The notes: generated by a model not told the origin, from the sequence alone. Counted from the first letter of the stretch, positions 26,760 to 36,578 are shown. The stretch: DNA of 64,000 nucleotides from Candidatus Eiseniibacteriota bacterium (GCA_963783375.1 CAWANH010000028.1:224001-288000); one strand, 5' to 3'. Numbers and translations: made by a program.

Positions 26760-28735
26760 GTCGCGCTCCTCTTCGTCGCGATCTCCCCGAGTTCCGCCAT
26801 CGTCCTCACCCCGGCGTCCCTTGGAACGTTGTCGGCTACCTCGGACAGGGTGGTGGCGCCGGCGGCCGCCCGGAGGAGCCCCGCTTCCTCGAGGGTCATG
26901 AAGCCCGGCGTGCGCCGGGCCAGGGCCCTGAGCTCGCGGGAGGGGGCCCGGCTCAGGATACCGTCCCGGAAATCGTCCCCCAGGAGAAGCACCTCGTGAA
27001 TGCCGAGCCGGCCGCGGTACCCGGTGTTCCGGCAATGCTCGCAACCCGACCCCTCAACCAGGTAGACGCTGGCCAAATCCTCCCGGGACAACCCCAGGTA
27101 GCGAAGATCCTTCCGGGAGGCCGAGCTCCGGTCCCGACAGTGGGGGCAGACCCGCCGGATCAGGCGCTGGGCCACCACGCAGGTCAGGGTGGAAGCAACC
27201 AGGAAGGGCTCGATCCCCATCTCCAGGAGTCGGAGCACGGCGCTCACCGAATCCTCGGTGTGAAAGCTGGAGAGCACCTTGTGCCCGGTGAGCGCGGCCT
27301 CCACCCCCAGCTCCGCGGTCACCCGGTCCCGGATCTCCCCCACCACGATGACGTCCGGGTCCTGACGCAGCATCGCCCTCAGGGAATCCACGAAAGTGGG
27401 GCCGGTTTTCTGGTTGACCGAGCACTGGGTGGTTCCGTCCAGTACGTACTCCACCGGGTCTTCGCAGGTAATCACCTTCAGGGTGTCGTCCAGCATGGAA
27501 TCCACGAAGGAGTACATGGTGGTGGTTTTCCCGGACCCGGTGGGTCCGGTCACCAGGACCAGCCCCGAGGAGGCCCGCAGACCGACTTCCTTCAGCAGGC
27601 TCAGGACCGCCGGCTCGAATCCGAGACCGTCGAGGGGGAGGAGCCCGCGGGCGCGGTCCAGGAGCCGGATGACCAGGGTCTCCCCGAACACCGAGGCATA
27701 GGTGGAGACCCGCATGTCCACCTCCTTGCCCCCCGCCTTGACGAAGATCCGACCGTCCTGATGGAGCCGTCGCTCGGCGAGGTCCGCTCCGCACAACACC
27801 TTCACCCGGGAGGCGATCCGGGGAGCGAAATCGGCGGGAATGTCGAGCAGGGGGTGGAGCACCCCGTCCACCCGGACCCGCACCCTGATCTCCTTCTCCC
27901 GAGGCTCGATATGAATGTCGCTCGCACCCATGCTGATGGCCCGGAAGAAGACGTGGTCGACGATCCGGACCGCCTCCGCCCCGATCTCCTCGGTTTCCTC
28001 GACCTCCTGGATCTCGCGATACTTGAGGGTGACGACCCCTTCGGCTTCCTCTTCACCTCCGTGCATCCTACCGGCGGCGCGTTCGAGAGCGGCAAGGATG
28101 GAGGGTCCCACGGCGCAGGCCGGTTTGACCGGAACGCCGTAGATCCTCTCCAGCTCCCGGATCAGGTCGGCCTTCAAGGGATCGTTCATGACCACGGTGA
28201 GGACACCGTCCACCAGGCGGTAGGGCAGAGCCTTGTGCCGAGCCAGGTACGGCAGCGAGACCTTGGAGAGAAGCTTGTCCTGCACCAACGCCGCCTCGGG
28301 CTCCAGGTAGGCGAGGTCGTGTTTGGCGGCCAGCGCGCGCAGGAACTGCTCCTCGCTGGTGTGGCCACCGTCCACCAGGATGCGGCGGGCGGTGAGTTCC
28401 GGCGAACGGGCCTTGGCTTCCCGGTAGACGTTGAGACCCTGTTCGGAGAGCGCGCCCTCCTCCTGGAGAATCTCGGCGATGTCCAGTCGCGAGCGATAGA
28501 GCCGGGCGATACGTTCCTGATCGACGCGTGCGAGCTCACCCAGCTGCACGAGAATCTCCAGGATCGGCTTCGGCTCGCGGAGCCTGGCGGCAATCCGTCG
28601 CGCCCGTTCGATCTGGCCCCTGGTTATGGAGCTCTCCTGGATCAGGAGCGACTCAAGGCCGGTCATGGCTTCGGCCGATGCCGCGCTGTCCGCGGCTCCC
28701 TCCTCGGGGACCCGGGCCGTGTTGTCCACTTTCAT
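26756..28735 (-). CDS. GspE/PilB family secretion ATPase with degenerate MshEN-like N-terminal repeats
   Basis: GASDIHIEP, RVRVDG, QDGR, GPTGSGKTTT, EDPVE, LRQDPDVIVVGEIRD, TGH, AQRL, CPHC...CEHC, GYRGR. Confidence 0.92.
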   Translation of the reverse strand: MKVDNTARVPEEGAADSAASAEAMTGLESLLIQESSITRGQIERARRIAARLREPKPILEILVQLGELARVDQERIARLYRSRLDIAEILQEEGALSEQGLNVYREAKARSPELTARRILVDGGHTSEEQFLRALAAKHDLAYLEPEAALVQDKLLSKVSLPYLARHKALPYRLVDGVLTVVMNDPLKADLIRELERIYGVPVKPACAVGPSILAALERAAGRMHGGEEEAEGVVTLKYREIQEVEETEEIGAEAVRIVDHVFFRAISMGASDIHIEPREKEIRVRVRVDGVLHPLLDIPADFAPRIASRVKVLCGADLAERRLHQDGRIFVKAGGKEVDMRVSTYASVFGETLVIRLLDRARGLLPLDGLGFEPAVLSLLKEVGLRASSGLVLVTGPTGSGKTTTMYSFVDSMLDDTLKVITCEDPVEYVLDGTTQCSVNQKTGPTFVDSLRAMLRQDPDVIVVGEIRDRVTAELGVEAALTGHKVLSSFHTEDSVSAVLRLLEMGIEPFLVASTLTCVVAQRLIRRVCPHCRDRSSASRKDLRYLGLSREDLASVYLVEGSGCEHCRNTGYRGRLGIHEVLLLGDDFRDGILSRAPSRELRALARRTPGFMTLEEAGLLRAAAGATTLSEVADNVPRDAGVRTMAELGEIATKRSAT

Positions 28736-28852
28736 GCGCGAAATGCCCCTCCTGTTGCCTCGGAAGGGGTTATCGGCGGGAGACGCCCCATGATTGAAAT
28801 TCATTGGGGTCCGGACCGGAGCGGGTAAACACGATAAACCCCAATGTGTACT

Positions 28853-28868
28853 TTGATATTCATATCAA
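28853..28868. promoter_or_regulatory. Perfect AT-rich inverted repeat, operator candidate in a divergent intergenic region
   Basis: TTGATAT-TC-ATATCAA within an unusually AT-rich patch. Confidence 0.4.
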
Positions 28869-28953
28869 TTCGCGCTAGATACCAAAACCGATCCGGGGTA
28901 GACTCTTCGTTGCGCCGCCGCCCCCCCATGCGAGCCACCGGAGGAGTCCTTCC

Positions 28954-30312
28954 ATGCCGTGCTCGCCGCGATGCCGCGTTCTCCCCGTCGTCCTGGCCGC
29001 CGTCCTCTTCGCGCTGTTCGCGCTTCCCGTCGAATCGCCGGGAAGACCCATGAACTGGGGGCACATCCCGGGGGTGGATTCGACGACCACGCCCCGGTGG
29101 CCGGATTCCACCAGGATCAAGGTCTACATCCCGGAGTACCCGGACTCGACCGGGAAGGCCGCCTGTGTTCGCCAGGGAATCGAACGCTGGAAGGATCAAC
29201 TGGCCAAGCGGGGGATCACCCTGGAATTCCACGTCGGCGAGACGCCCCCGGCGTACCCGACCGACAACACCGTCGGTCTGACCTGGGTGCCCAACGGGAC
29301 CCTCGGCGGACCCGACGGGCGGGGAGACTGCAAGGAAGACCCGAGCAAGAGTCCTCCCACCCTCAAGGCGGGAAAGATCCAGATCGAGAGCGACGCGCTC
29401 GACTGCACCTACCTCAAGAACCTGGCCATGCACGAGTTCGGACACGTCCTCGGCTTCGCCGACGACCCCGACACGCCGCCGGGGCCTCCCCCCCACAACG
29501 CCATGGATCCCACCGTCCCCGATTACGAGGACGTGACCTTCAGCGGGCGGGACAGCCTGGAGTGGGACACGCTCTACAACGTCGTGGGCGGAGCGCCGCT
29601 CCGGGGGGAGATCATCGACGGGGTGGTCTCGGATCCGGGGATGGGCTTCGTCTACACCTACGAGCTTCTGTGGACGGACGGCGCGGAGATCCCCATCTTC
29701 GATCTCCACCTCGGGGCGTTTCCGGCCGAGGTTGTGGTCCTCTCCACGCCGCCGGGGTGGGAGGTCGACTACCCGCCGAGCTATCTCTGCGGATTCCCCG
29801 GGGTCCCGGCCGACCCGAACACCCGGAAGCTCCACTTCCGCTCGACCGGGGCGGGGCTCTCCGGCGCAAACCCCGTGGGCACGTTCGTGCTGGCCAGCGT
29901 GTGGCCGCCCGGGCCGGGTTGGGGGCACGCGATGCTCGACAACAACGGCGACGGCGCCTTCGATCCGGTGCCCCTCACCGTACCCATCGGGCCCGCGACC
30001 GGGGTCCCGCCGGAGGGCTGGGACCGGGTGGCCACGCTCCGGGTCCTCCCGCCCTCGCCCAATCCCTTCCGGGACACCGCGGTCATCCGATTCCGGCTCG
30101 ACCGGCCGGCCTCCCGCGGGGAGGTGACGATCTTCGACGTCTCGGGCCGCCGGGTGCGCACCTTGCGCCTGGGGGGGCTCGAGGCTGGGGAGCGAACGGC
30201 GACCTGGGACGGCGGTGACGAGAGCGCCCGGCCGGTCCCGGGCGGAGTCTATTTCTACCGGGTGGTCGCCGACGACCGCGAGGGTGGAGGGCGCCTGGTG
30301 CGGACCCCCTGA
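28954..30312 (+). CDS. Secreted metzincin-type zinc metalloprotease with C-terminal FlgD-Ig/T9SS-like domain
   Basis: GGAGGAG RBS; signal peptide; HEFGHVLGFAD plus Met-turn NAMDP; tail TGV...PNPF...IFDVSGRRV...WDG...GVYFYR. Confidence 0.8.
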   Translation: MPCSPRCRVLPVVLAAVLFALFALPVESPGRPMNWGHIPGVDSTTTPRWPDSTRIKVYIPEYPDSTGKAACVRQGIERWKDQLAKRGITLEFHVGETPPAYPTDNTVGLTWVPNGTLGGPDGRGDCKEDPSKSPPTLKAGKIQIESDALDCTYLKNLAMHEFGHVLGFADDPDTPPGPPPHNAMDPTVPDYEDVTFSGRDSLEWDTLYNVVGGAPLRGEIIDGVVSDPGMGFVYTYELLWTDGAEIPIFDLHLGAFPAEVVVLSTPPGWEVDYPPSYLCGFPGVPADPNTRKLHFRSTGAGLSGANPVGTFVLASVWPPGPGWGHAMLDNNGDGAFDPVPLTVPIGPATGVPPEGWDRVATLRVLPPSPNPFRDTAVIRFRLDRPASRGEVTIFDVSGRRVRTLRLGGLEAGERTATWDGGDESARPVPGGVYFYRVVADDREGGGRLVRTP

Positions 30313-30324
30313 GCGGGGAGCGGA

Positions 30325-30690
30325 TCAGCTGCGATAGAAGAGGATGAAGATCCCCTCGGGAGTCCGGCCGCGGCAGTAACAGCCGCCGTCGTCGGTGTCC
30401 CGGCGCTCTTCCAGGACGCCGCCCCCCGCCTCGAATTTTCGGAGCGCATCGTCCAGATCGGGAGCAGCCACCGCCAGGCCCCAGGGGATCCCCAGGGAGC
30501 CCTCGACCAGGGTGATCCGCTGGTCGGTGCGACGATCCTCCAGGGTCACCCAGTCCTTGCCCGTCTCCACGGGGGTGAATCCCAGGGCGTCCTGCCAGAA
30601 ACGGAGGCTCGTCTTGAGGGAGTCGACCTGCACCATCACGTCGGTAAAGCGGGTGTCGGCTGAGACCACGGCATCCCCCCAGCCGCGCAT
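30325..30690 (-). CDS. VOC (glyoxalase/bleomycin resistance) family protein
   Basis: SLRFWQDALGF, DLDDAL, RTPEG. The start may instead be GTG 30669. Confidence 0.75.
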   Translation of the reverse strand: MRGWGDAVVSADTRFTDVMVQVDSLKTSLRFWQDALGFTPVETGKDWVTLEDRRTDQRITLVEGSLGIPWGLAVAAPDLDDALRKFEAGGGVLEERRDTDDGGCYCRGRTPEGIFILFYRS

Positions 30691-30741
30691 CGGCGCGACG
30701 GAAGCGGCGGGTCCACTTCGCGCGGCGGATCCGCTTTCAAC

Positions 30742-31110
30742 CTACTTGGCGCCGGGGTCGGGAGCCATGATGCCGAAAATGTTCCCCTCGGTGTCGGTGC
30801 AATAGGCCAACCAGCCCACCCCGGGAATCGCCATTCTCGGGACGACGACCTTCCCTCCCTCGGATTCGATCTTCTTCGTGTACCGGTCCACGTCGGGGAC
30901 GTCAATGGTGTTGTACACGTTCCCCCGGGGGTCTCGGCGCTTCATGATACCCCCGTTGATGCCGGGTTGGTCGTCGGGGCCGGTCCGCACGAGCCAGTAG
31001 GGTTCGGGCCCGTCCCAGCGGGTGGCCTCCCACCCGAACACATTGCCGTAGAATCTGCCCGCCCGTTCGGGGTCGTCGGCGTGGATCTCGAAATGGACAA
31101 CTCGTGGCAT
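30742..31110 (-). CDS. VOC family protein
   Basis: VVHFEIHADDPERAGRFYGNVFGW, INGGI, IPGVGWLAYCTDTEGN. Confidence 0.92.
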   Translation of the reverse strand: MPRVVHFEIHADDPERAGRFYGNVFGWEATRWDGPEPYWLVRTGPDDQPGINGGIMKRRDPRGNVYNTIDVPDVDRYTKKIESEGGKVVVPRMAIPGVGWLAYCTDTEGNIFGIMAPDPGAK

Positions 31111-31316
31111 GAGGACTCCTCCGGTTCCCGTCCGGGACGTTGGGGCATCTCCATGTGACCGGGATCGATTAATTAAAAGTTACAGCGACTCAAGTGGAAC
31201 TACAAGCCAATATAGTGTCAAGATGACCGACTGTCGCTCGGCCTTCCCCCTCGCGCCATCGGCGAACGGACCCCGGCGCGTGCCGGAACGGCCGGCCAGG
31301 ATCCCCCTCCGGGCCC

Positions 31317-31526
31317 TCAGGGGGACTCCTCATCGTCGATCGGAGCGTACCCCGGACAGGCCAGAACCGGGAGCGGGGGGTATTTGGAAAACCCTGGATC
31401 GATGGCCGAGAGCGAGCAGAGGATGAACGCGGATCCCTTCCCCGAGAGGATCCGGCGGGCGTGCCGGCACGTACCGCATCGGCCGGCTTCCGGCGCTGTG
31501 GGGTGGGGTTCGGCGCGCGTGGTCAT
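31317..31526 (-). CDS. Small four-cysteine hypothetical protein (69 aa)
   Basis: MTTRAE...CGTCRHARRILSGKGSAFILC...KYPPLPVLACPGY. It is the only protein-like part of shadow ORF 31317..34430. Confidence 0.7.
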   Translation of the reverse strand: MTTRAEPHPTAPEAGRCGTCRHARRILSGKGSAFILCSLSAIDPGFSKYPPLPVLACPGYAPIDDEESP

Positions 31527-31622
31527 TCCCCAAGCATAGCGCGACCGCTCCGAGGCCTCGGAGGTCGCGGGCGGCGAATTCCAGGGAGGCGATCCCCGAC
31601 GGGATGGGAGAGAATCGCCCCC

Positions 31623-34400
31623 ATGCGCCAAACCCTCATCGCGGTGATCCTCCTCCTTCTCCCCATCCCCGTCCGGGCGTCCCTCGGTGACCTGACCGCG
31701 GTTCGCTCCGGGGGGCGGACGGTCGAGCTGGAGGCGGGGGCGGCCACGGTGCGTCTCATCTTCTACCGGCCGGACCTGGTGCGGGTGGATTTCCTTCCCG
31801 GGCCGGCATCCGCGGTGTCGCCCACCCCGGCGGTGGCCACCGACACCTCCGAGGCGGCGCCGGTCGCGGTCACCGAGTTCGTGGATCGGGTTGAAGCGCG
31901 TTCGCCGGGGCTCACCGTTCGGGCGACCCGGCGCCCGCTTCGCCTGTCGTTCCTCGACGCCACCGGCGCAGAGATCCTCCGGGAAGCGCCGGAAGGAGGC
32001 CTGAACGTCGACGGCGACCGGCGCTCCGCCACTTTCGTCCTGGGCGCCCACGATCACTTCTACGGGACGGGGGAACGCGGCATCGCCCTCGATCTCCGGG
32101 GCCGGGCCTTCGACACCGCCAACCAGGCGTTCTACGGCTACGGCGCTCCACCCCCCACCATGAACCTGAACGTGCCGTTCCTGGCAAACCTCGCCGGGTG
32201 CGGGATCTACTTCGACAGTTCCTGGCCGGGGCGATTCGATCTGGGGGCGGGCAACACGAACCGGTTCAGCTACACCGCGAACGGCGGAGAGCTTTCGTTC
32301 TACGTCATTGCCCAGGCCACCGTTCCCGCGCAGATCGAGGCCCTGACCTGGCTCACCGGGCGCCAACCCATGCCCCCACGCTGGGCGCTGGGCTACCTGC
32401 AATCGAAATTCGCCTACCGGAACGAGGCCGAGGTCCGCGCGGTGGCCCGGGGCTTCCGGGACCGCGGCATTCCCTGCGACGGGATCATCCTCGATCTCTA
32501 CTGGCAGGGGCCGGTGAGCGAGATGGGGAACCTGAGCTGGGACCGCGCCGCCTGGCCGGACCCGTTCCGGATGATGCGCGATCTGCGGGCGGACGGCTTC
32601 CGCACCATCGCCATCACCGATCCGTACCTGACCCGGGAGTCGGCCCGGTTCGCGACCGCGCTCGAGCGCGACGCCTTCGCCCGGGCGGCGACGGGAACGC
32701 CCTACCTGCTCCAGAACTTCTGGGCCTGCGGCTGCCCCGCCGGGCTGGTGGACCTCACCGATCCCGCGGTGCAGAGCTGGTGGTGGAGCCTCCACCCGGA
32801 TTTCATGGGGGACGAGATGGCCGGGCTCTGGACCGATCTCGGCGAGCCCGAGCGCCACCCCGACGGCATGGTTCACCACCTGGGCCCCGCCCCCGAGGTC
32901 CACAACCTGTTCAACCTTCTCTGGGCCAAGACCGTGTTCGGGGGGTTCCGCTCCTTCCACCCGGACCGGCGGTTCGTGAACCTCACGCGCTCGGGGTTCG
33001 CGGGCATCCAGCGGTACGCGGCCTTCCCCTGGACCGGCGACGTGCAAAAGTCCTTCGCGGGGCTGGCCGGCCAGATTCCGCTCCTTCTCAACACCGGGAT
33101 GTCGGGGATCGGGTACCTGGGGTCGGACACCGGGGGGTTCTGTTGCGGCGCCACCACTCCCGAACTCTACGCGCGCTGGATGGAGTTCTCGGCCTTCGGC
33201 CCGATGGCCCGCGCCCACAGCGGCGACCAGCCCGCCGAACCCTGGGCATTCGGCGCCCAGACCGAGGCGGTGGCCCGTTCGTTCCTGCGGCTTCGGTACC
33301 GGCTCCTCCCCTACCGCTACACCCTGGCCTGGGAGAACCACCGGACCGGCATGCCCCTGGCGCGGCCGCTCTTCTTCGCCGACCCCGCCGACCCAAGGCT
33401 CCGGGACGTGACCGACGCCTATCTCCTGGGCGGCGCGTTCCTGGTCGCTCCGGTGGTGCGGGACGGCTGGCGGCAGCGGACGGTGCCGCTTCCGGCCGGG
33501 GACTGGGTGGATTACTGGACCGATGAGCGCGTGAAGGGAGGCGCCGACGTCACCGTCTCCGCGCCCCTGGAGTCGATGCCCCTCTTTGTTCGGGCGGGAA
33601 GCCTGGTGCCGATGCAGCCGGACGCGGAGCACACCGACGGGCCGCCGTCGGACACGTTGATCGTGGCCGCCTACCCGGCGGTCGACGCGGGAGAGCGGCG
33701 GTTCACGCTCTACGAGGACGACGGCGAGAGCCTGGGGTACATGCGGGGGGAGTTCGCCCTCACCGACATCAGCCAGGCGGTCGCCCGGGCCGACTCCGAG
33801 GTCTCGGTCTCGGTCACCTTCGACCCAAGCCGCGGGGTCTACCCCGGCATGCCCCGGGCGCGCACGTACCGGGCGGAGATTCATGGGGTGGGCCGCGAGC
33901 CCACGGCGGTGACCCTGAACGGCCGGCCGGTGAGCGGATCGGGGACATCCGTTGGGTACGCCTACGACGCGGTCGGGAACGTGCTTTCGATCACCTTCCC
34001 CGCCTCCCCGGACAGCGGCTACCGGGTGGTCGCCGAGAACGTGGGCGAGCCCTACACCGAGCCGCCTGCGGAACCGTCGTTCACGGCGGCCCTGGGCCAG
34101 AACGTCCCCAACCCGTTCGACGGGGTCACCTCGATCCCCTACCGGCTTCGCCGGAGCGCGGCGGTGGATCTCCGGGTCTACGACGTGCGGGGCCGGGAGG
34201 TGGCGCGGCTCGAAGGCGTCCGGGTCGGCCCCGGGCCTCATCAAGCGCAGTTCCAGGCCTCGGACGAGGCGGGGCGGCCCCTGGGAAGCGGCATGTACTT
34301 CTACCGACTGCTGGCCCGCGAAATCGCCGGAGACGGGAGCCTGGCCCCGCCGCTCCCCATCCCGCCGCGCCGGATGATCCTGCTCCGCGGAGGGCGGTGA
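31623..34400 (+). CDS. Glycoside hydrolase family 31 (alpha-glucosidase/xylosidase) with C-terminal FlgD-Ig/T9SS-like domain
   Basis: Signal MRQTLIAVILLLLP; YGTGER, PPRWALGYLQS, GLWTDLGEP (nucleophile), WTGD, YEDDG; tail QNVPNPF...SGMYFYRL. Confidence 0.92.
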   Translation: MRQTLIAVILLLLPIPVRASLGDLTAVRSGGRTVELEAGAATVRLIFYRPDLVRVDFLPGPASAVSPTPAVATDTSEAAPVAVTEFVDRVEARSPGLTVRATRRPLRLSFLDATGAEILREAPEGGLNVDGDRRSATFVLGAHDHFYGTGERGIALDLRGRAFDTANQAFYGYGAPPPTMNLNVPFLANLAGCGIYFDSSWPGRFDLGAGNTNRFSYTANGGELSFYVIAQATVPAQIEALTWLTGRQPMPPRWALGYLQSKFAYRNEAEVRAVARGFRDRGIPCDGIILDLYWQGPVSEMGNLSWDRAAWPDPFRMMRDLRADGFRTIAITDPYLTRESARFATALERDAFARAATGTPYLLQNFWACGCPAGLVDLTDPAVQSWWWSLHPDFMGDEMAGLWTDLGEPERHPDGMVHHLGPAPEVHNLFNLLWAKTVFGGFRSFHPDRRFVNLTRSGFAGIQRYAAFPWTGDVQKSFAGLAGQIPLLLNTGMSGIGYLGSDTGGFCCGATTPELYARWMEFSAFGPMARAHSGDQPAEPWAFGAQTEAVARSFLRLRYRLLPYRYTLAWENHRTGMPLARPLFFADPADPRLRDVTDAYLLGGAFLVAPVVRDGWRQRTVPLPAGDWVDYWTDERVKGGADVTVSAPLESMPLFVRAGSLVPMQPDAEHTDGPPSDTLIVAAYPAVDAGERRFTLYEDDGESLGYMRGEFALTDISQAVARADSEVSVSVTFDPSRGVYPGMPRARTYRAEIHGVGREPTAVTLNGRPVSGSGTSVGYAYDAVGNVLSITFPASPDSGYRVVAENVGEPYTEPPAEPSFTAALGQNVPNPFDGVTSIPYRLRRSAAVDLRVYDVRGREVARLEGVRVGPGPHQAQFQASDEAGRPLGSGMYFYRLLAREIAGDGSLAPPLPIPPRRMILLRGGR

Positions 34401-34463
34401 GCGGGGAGAAACTCCCGGCCGGGCCGGCACCGGCGCGCGGCCGCACGACCCGGCAGGTCCGTC

Positions 34464-36578
34464 CTACCTCGCCGCCCCCGTCGTCTCCGCCGGCGCGTCG
34501 AGATACCGCTGGAGCTTCAACGCCTGCGGATCCTTGGGCTTCTGCGCCAGCGCCTTCTCCACTTCCGTCCGCGCCCGCTCCGGCTCTCCGGCGGCGACGT
34601 AGGACAGGGCGAGGTGGTAGCGAAGCTCGAAGGAGTCCGGGTTCCGGTCCGCCCCCGCCTGGAACGTCTCGACCGCCCGCCCGATGTCGCGTTCCTTCAG
34701 GTACAACATGCCCAGGCGAAGGTAGGGCAGATCTTCCCCGGGGGCGAGGTCGATGCCCCGCGAGTAGGCCTCGATCGCGTTCGCGTCCCGGCCCATCGCC
34801 TCGTAGGCGATACCGAGGTCGACCCAGGCGGAGGCGTCGGCGGGCCGGAGGCGCACCGCGACCTGGAGCTGATTGGCGGCGTCGTCGAACCGATCCAGCT
34901 GGAGGTAGGTGGACCCCAGGTTGAAACGGACGTCGGGATCGGCCGGACGGGCCATGAGCACGTCGTTGTAGAGACGTGCCGCGTCCTCGAGCTTTCCCGC
35001 CCGGCTGTAGGCGTCGGCCAGGAGATTGGTGATGGAAACGTCGTTGGGGGTCTTCCGGTGCGCCTTCTCCAGTAGCGCCGTCCCCTCCGCCACCTGGCCG
35101 CTTCGGAGCAGGATGTCCCCCATCCGGGCGGTCTCCAGCGCCGGGTTCTCCAGGCGCACGTGGAAGAAGTTCGTGTTCACCACCACCAGGGCGACCAGAC
35201 CCGCGGCCAGCGCGGAGCCGCGGAACACCGATCGCCAGCGCGCCGCCGCGTACCCGGCGGCCACGAGCACCGGAATCACCAGGGGCAATCGGAACCGCGC
35301 GGTGATGAAGAACGGCAACAGCGAAAGCGCGTAGAGCACGAACCACCCGGTCAAGAGCGTCGCCCCGGGGCGGGTCCGCCGGTCGCCCCAGGCCGCGAAC
35401 CATCCCACCACCGCCACCGGGAACACCAGCCCCCACGGAAACACCAGCGGCCAGCTCTTCCAGATCAGCCAGCGCACCGGCCCGACCCGGTCGAAGTAGA
35501 GATCGCGGTTGTTGGGGATCTCGAAGGCGTTCACCAGGTAGTAGGCCTTCCGGGCGTAGAGGCCCAGGGCCTTGGCCGGGTGGGAGCCGATCCAATGAAG
35601 CCCGCGGCGGAGCCACCAGCTCGACACTTCCCGCGAGTCCAGGGGCCGCCCCGCCGCCTCCTCCGCGACCGCCCGGGACTGGTCGACGAACTGCCGCCAG
35701 CTCACGATGTTCCGAAGCTCGGGGATCTCCACGCTTCGCCCCGAAGCCAGGCCGTGGTTTCCGGCGTAGAAGTTCACCCCTCCCTGGCTCGACACGAAGA
35801 CGAGGGTCCCCTCCGCCGCCGCGTTCACCCCGGTCAGGATCAGGGCGGGCAGAAGACCGAGCCCCGCGACCCAGGCCGCGGCCGTCCGGGCGCCTCGGCG
35901 CGTCTTCTCCGAGGCCTCGGTCCGGGCGCGCGCCGCGTCTCCGGCCGAGGCGCCGCGCCCCCGCCACCACACCCAGATCGCCGCCGCGGGAAGCACGGCC
36001 AGCGCGTTGGGCCGGGCCGCCGCGGCCAGGCCGAGGAGTGCCCCCGCGGCCACCGCGTTCCGAAGCCGGGGCGGACCGAGGAGCAGGAACAGGGCCCAGG
36101 CCATGAGCGCGAGGAGCAGGTTGGGGATCAGAAGCTCGCCGTCGAAGAAGACCAGGGCGCCGTAGAGCGCGGCCAGGACCCCCGCGGCGAGCCCCGCGCG
36201 CCGGCCGCCGAACCGGTGGGCGGAACCGGCGATCGCCGCCGCGGTTCCCGCCCCCACCACGGCCTGGATCATGCGCGCGGCCAGAAGATCGTGACCGAAG
36301 ATGCGGTAGACGAGGGATAGCCACAAGGGATAGAGCGGGGCCCGGAAGAAGGCGTGACCGTCCATGTTCCAGGCGCCCCGGGCCCAGGCCCAGGCCCACT
36401 CGTCGTGCCACTGGCCGTCCACGATCAGGTGCGAGAAGAAGGGCGAAGCGCGGTAGGCGAAGACGTAGGCCGCGCGGACGGCCAGGGCCAGCACGAAGGC
36501 CAGAAGCATGGTCACGGTCACCGACCGCAGCGAGGCGCCGCGGCCACCGGGGAAGGCGACCGGGGTTCGACGCTTCAT
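34464..36578 (-). CDS. GT-C (GT39/PMT-like) membrane glycosyltransferase with C-terminal TPR repeats
   Basis: VDGQWHDEWA, FFRAPLYP, RPN, GGVNFYAGN, ARFRLP; five to six TPR repeats at the C-terminus. Confidence 0.85.
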   Translation of the reverse strand: MKRRTPVAFPGGRGASLRSVTVTMLLAFVLALAVRAAYVFAYRASPFFSHLIVDGQWHDEWAWAWARGAWNMDGHAFFRAPLYPLWLSLVYRIFGHDLLAARMIQAVVGAGTAAAIAGSAHRFGGRRAGLAAGVLAALYGALVFFDGELLIPNLLLALMAWALFLLLGPPRLRNAVAAGALLGLAAAARPNALAVLPAAAIWVWWRGRGASAGDAARARTEASEKTRRGARTAAAWVAGLGLLPALILTGVNAAAEGTLVFVSSQGGVNFYAGNHGLASGRSVEIPELRNIVSWRQFVDQSRAVAEEAAGRPLDSREVSSWWLRRGLHWIGSHPAKALGLYARKAYYLVNAFEIPNNRDLYFDRVGPVRWLIWKSWPLVFPWGLVFPVAVVGWFAAWGDRRTRPGATLLTGWFVLYALSLLPFFITARFRLPLVIPVLVAAGYAAARWRSVFRGSALAAGLVALVVVNTNFFHVRLENPALETARMGDILLRSGQVAEGTALLEKAHRKTPNDVSITNLLADAYSRAGKLEDAARLYNDVLMARPADPDVRFNLGSTYLQLDRFDDAANQLQVAVRLRPADASAWVDLGIAYEAMGRDANAIEAYSRGIDLAPGEDLPYLRLGMLYLKERDIGRAVETFQAGADRNPDSFELRYHLALSYVAAGEPERARTEVEKALAQKPKDPQALKLQRYLDAPAETTGAAR

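Noticed and set aside
28853-28868. FNR box
   Set aside because: Half-site spacing is 6 nt instead of the canonical 4 nt.
31160-31225. Sigma70 promoter for the VOC genes (TTGACA on the minus strand in an AT-rich patch)
   Set aside because: No convincing -10 hexamer at 16-18 nt spacing; probably regulatory but I cannot define it.
31527-34430. 1037-aa minus-strand ORF
   Set aside because: Shadow of the GH31 gene; only the last 69 codons look like a real gene, which is reported separately.
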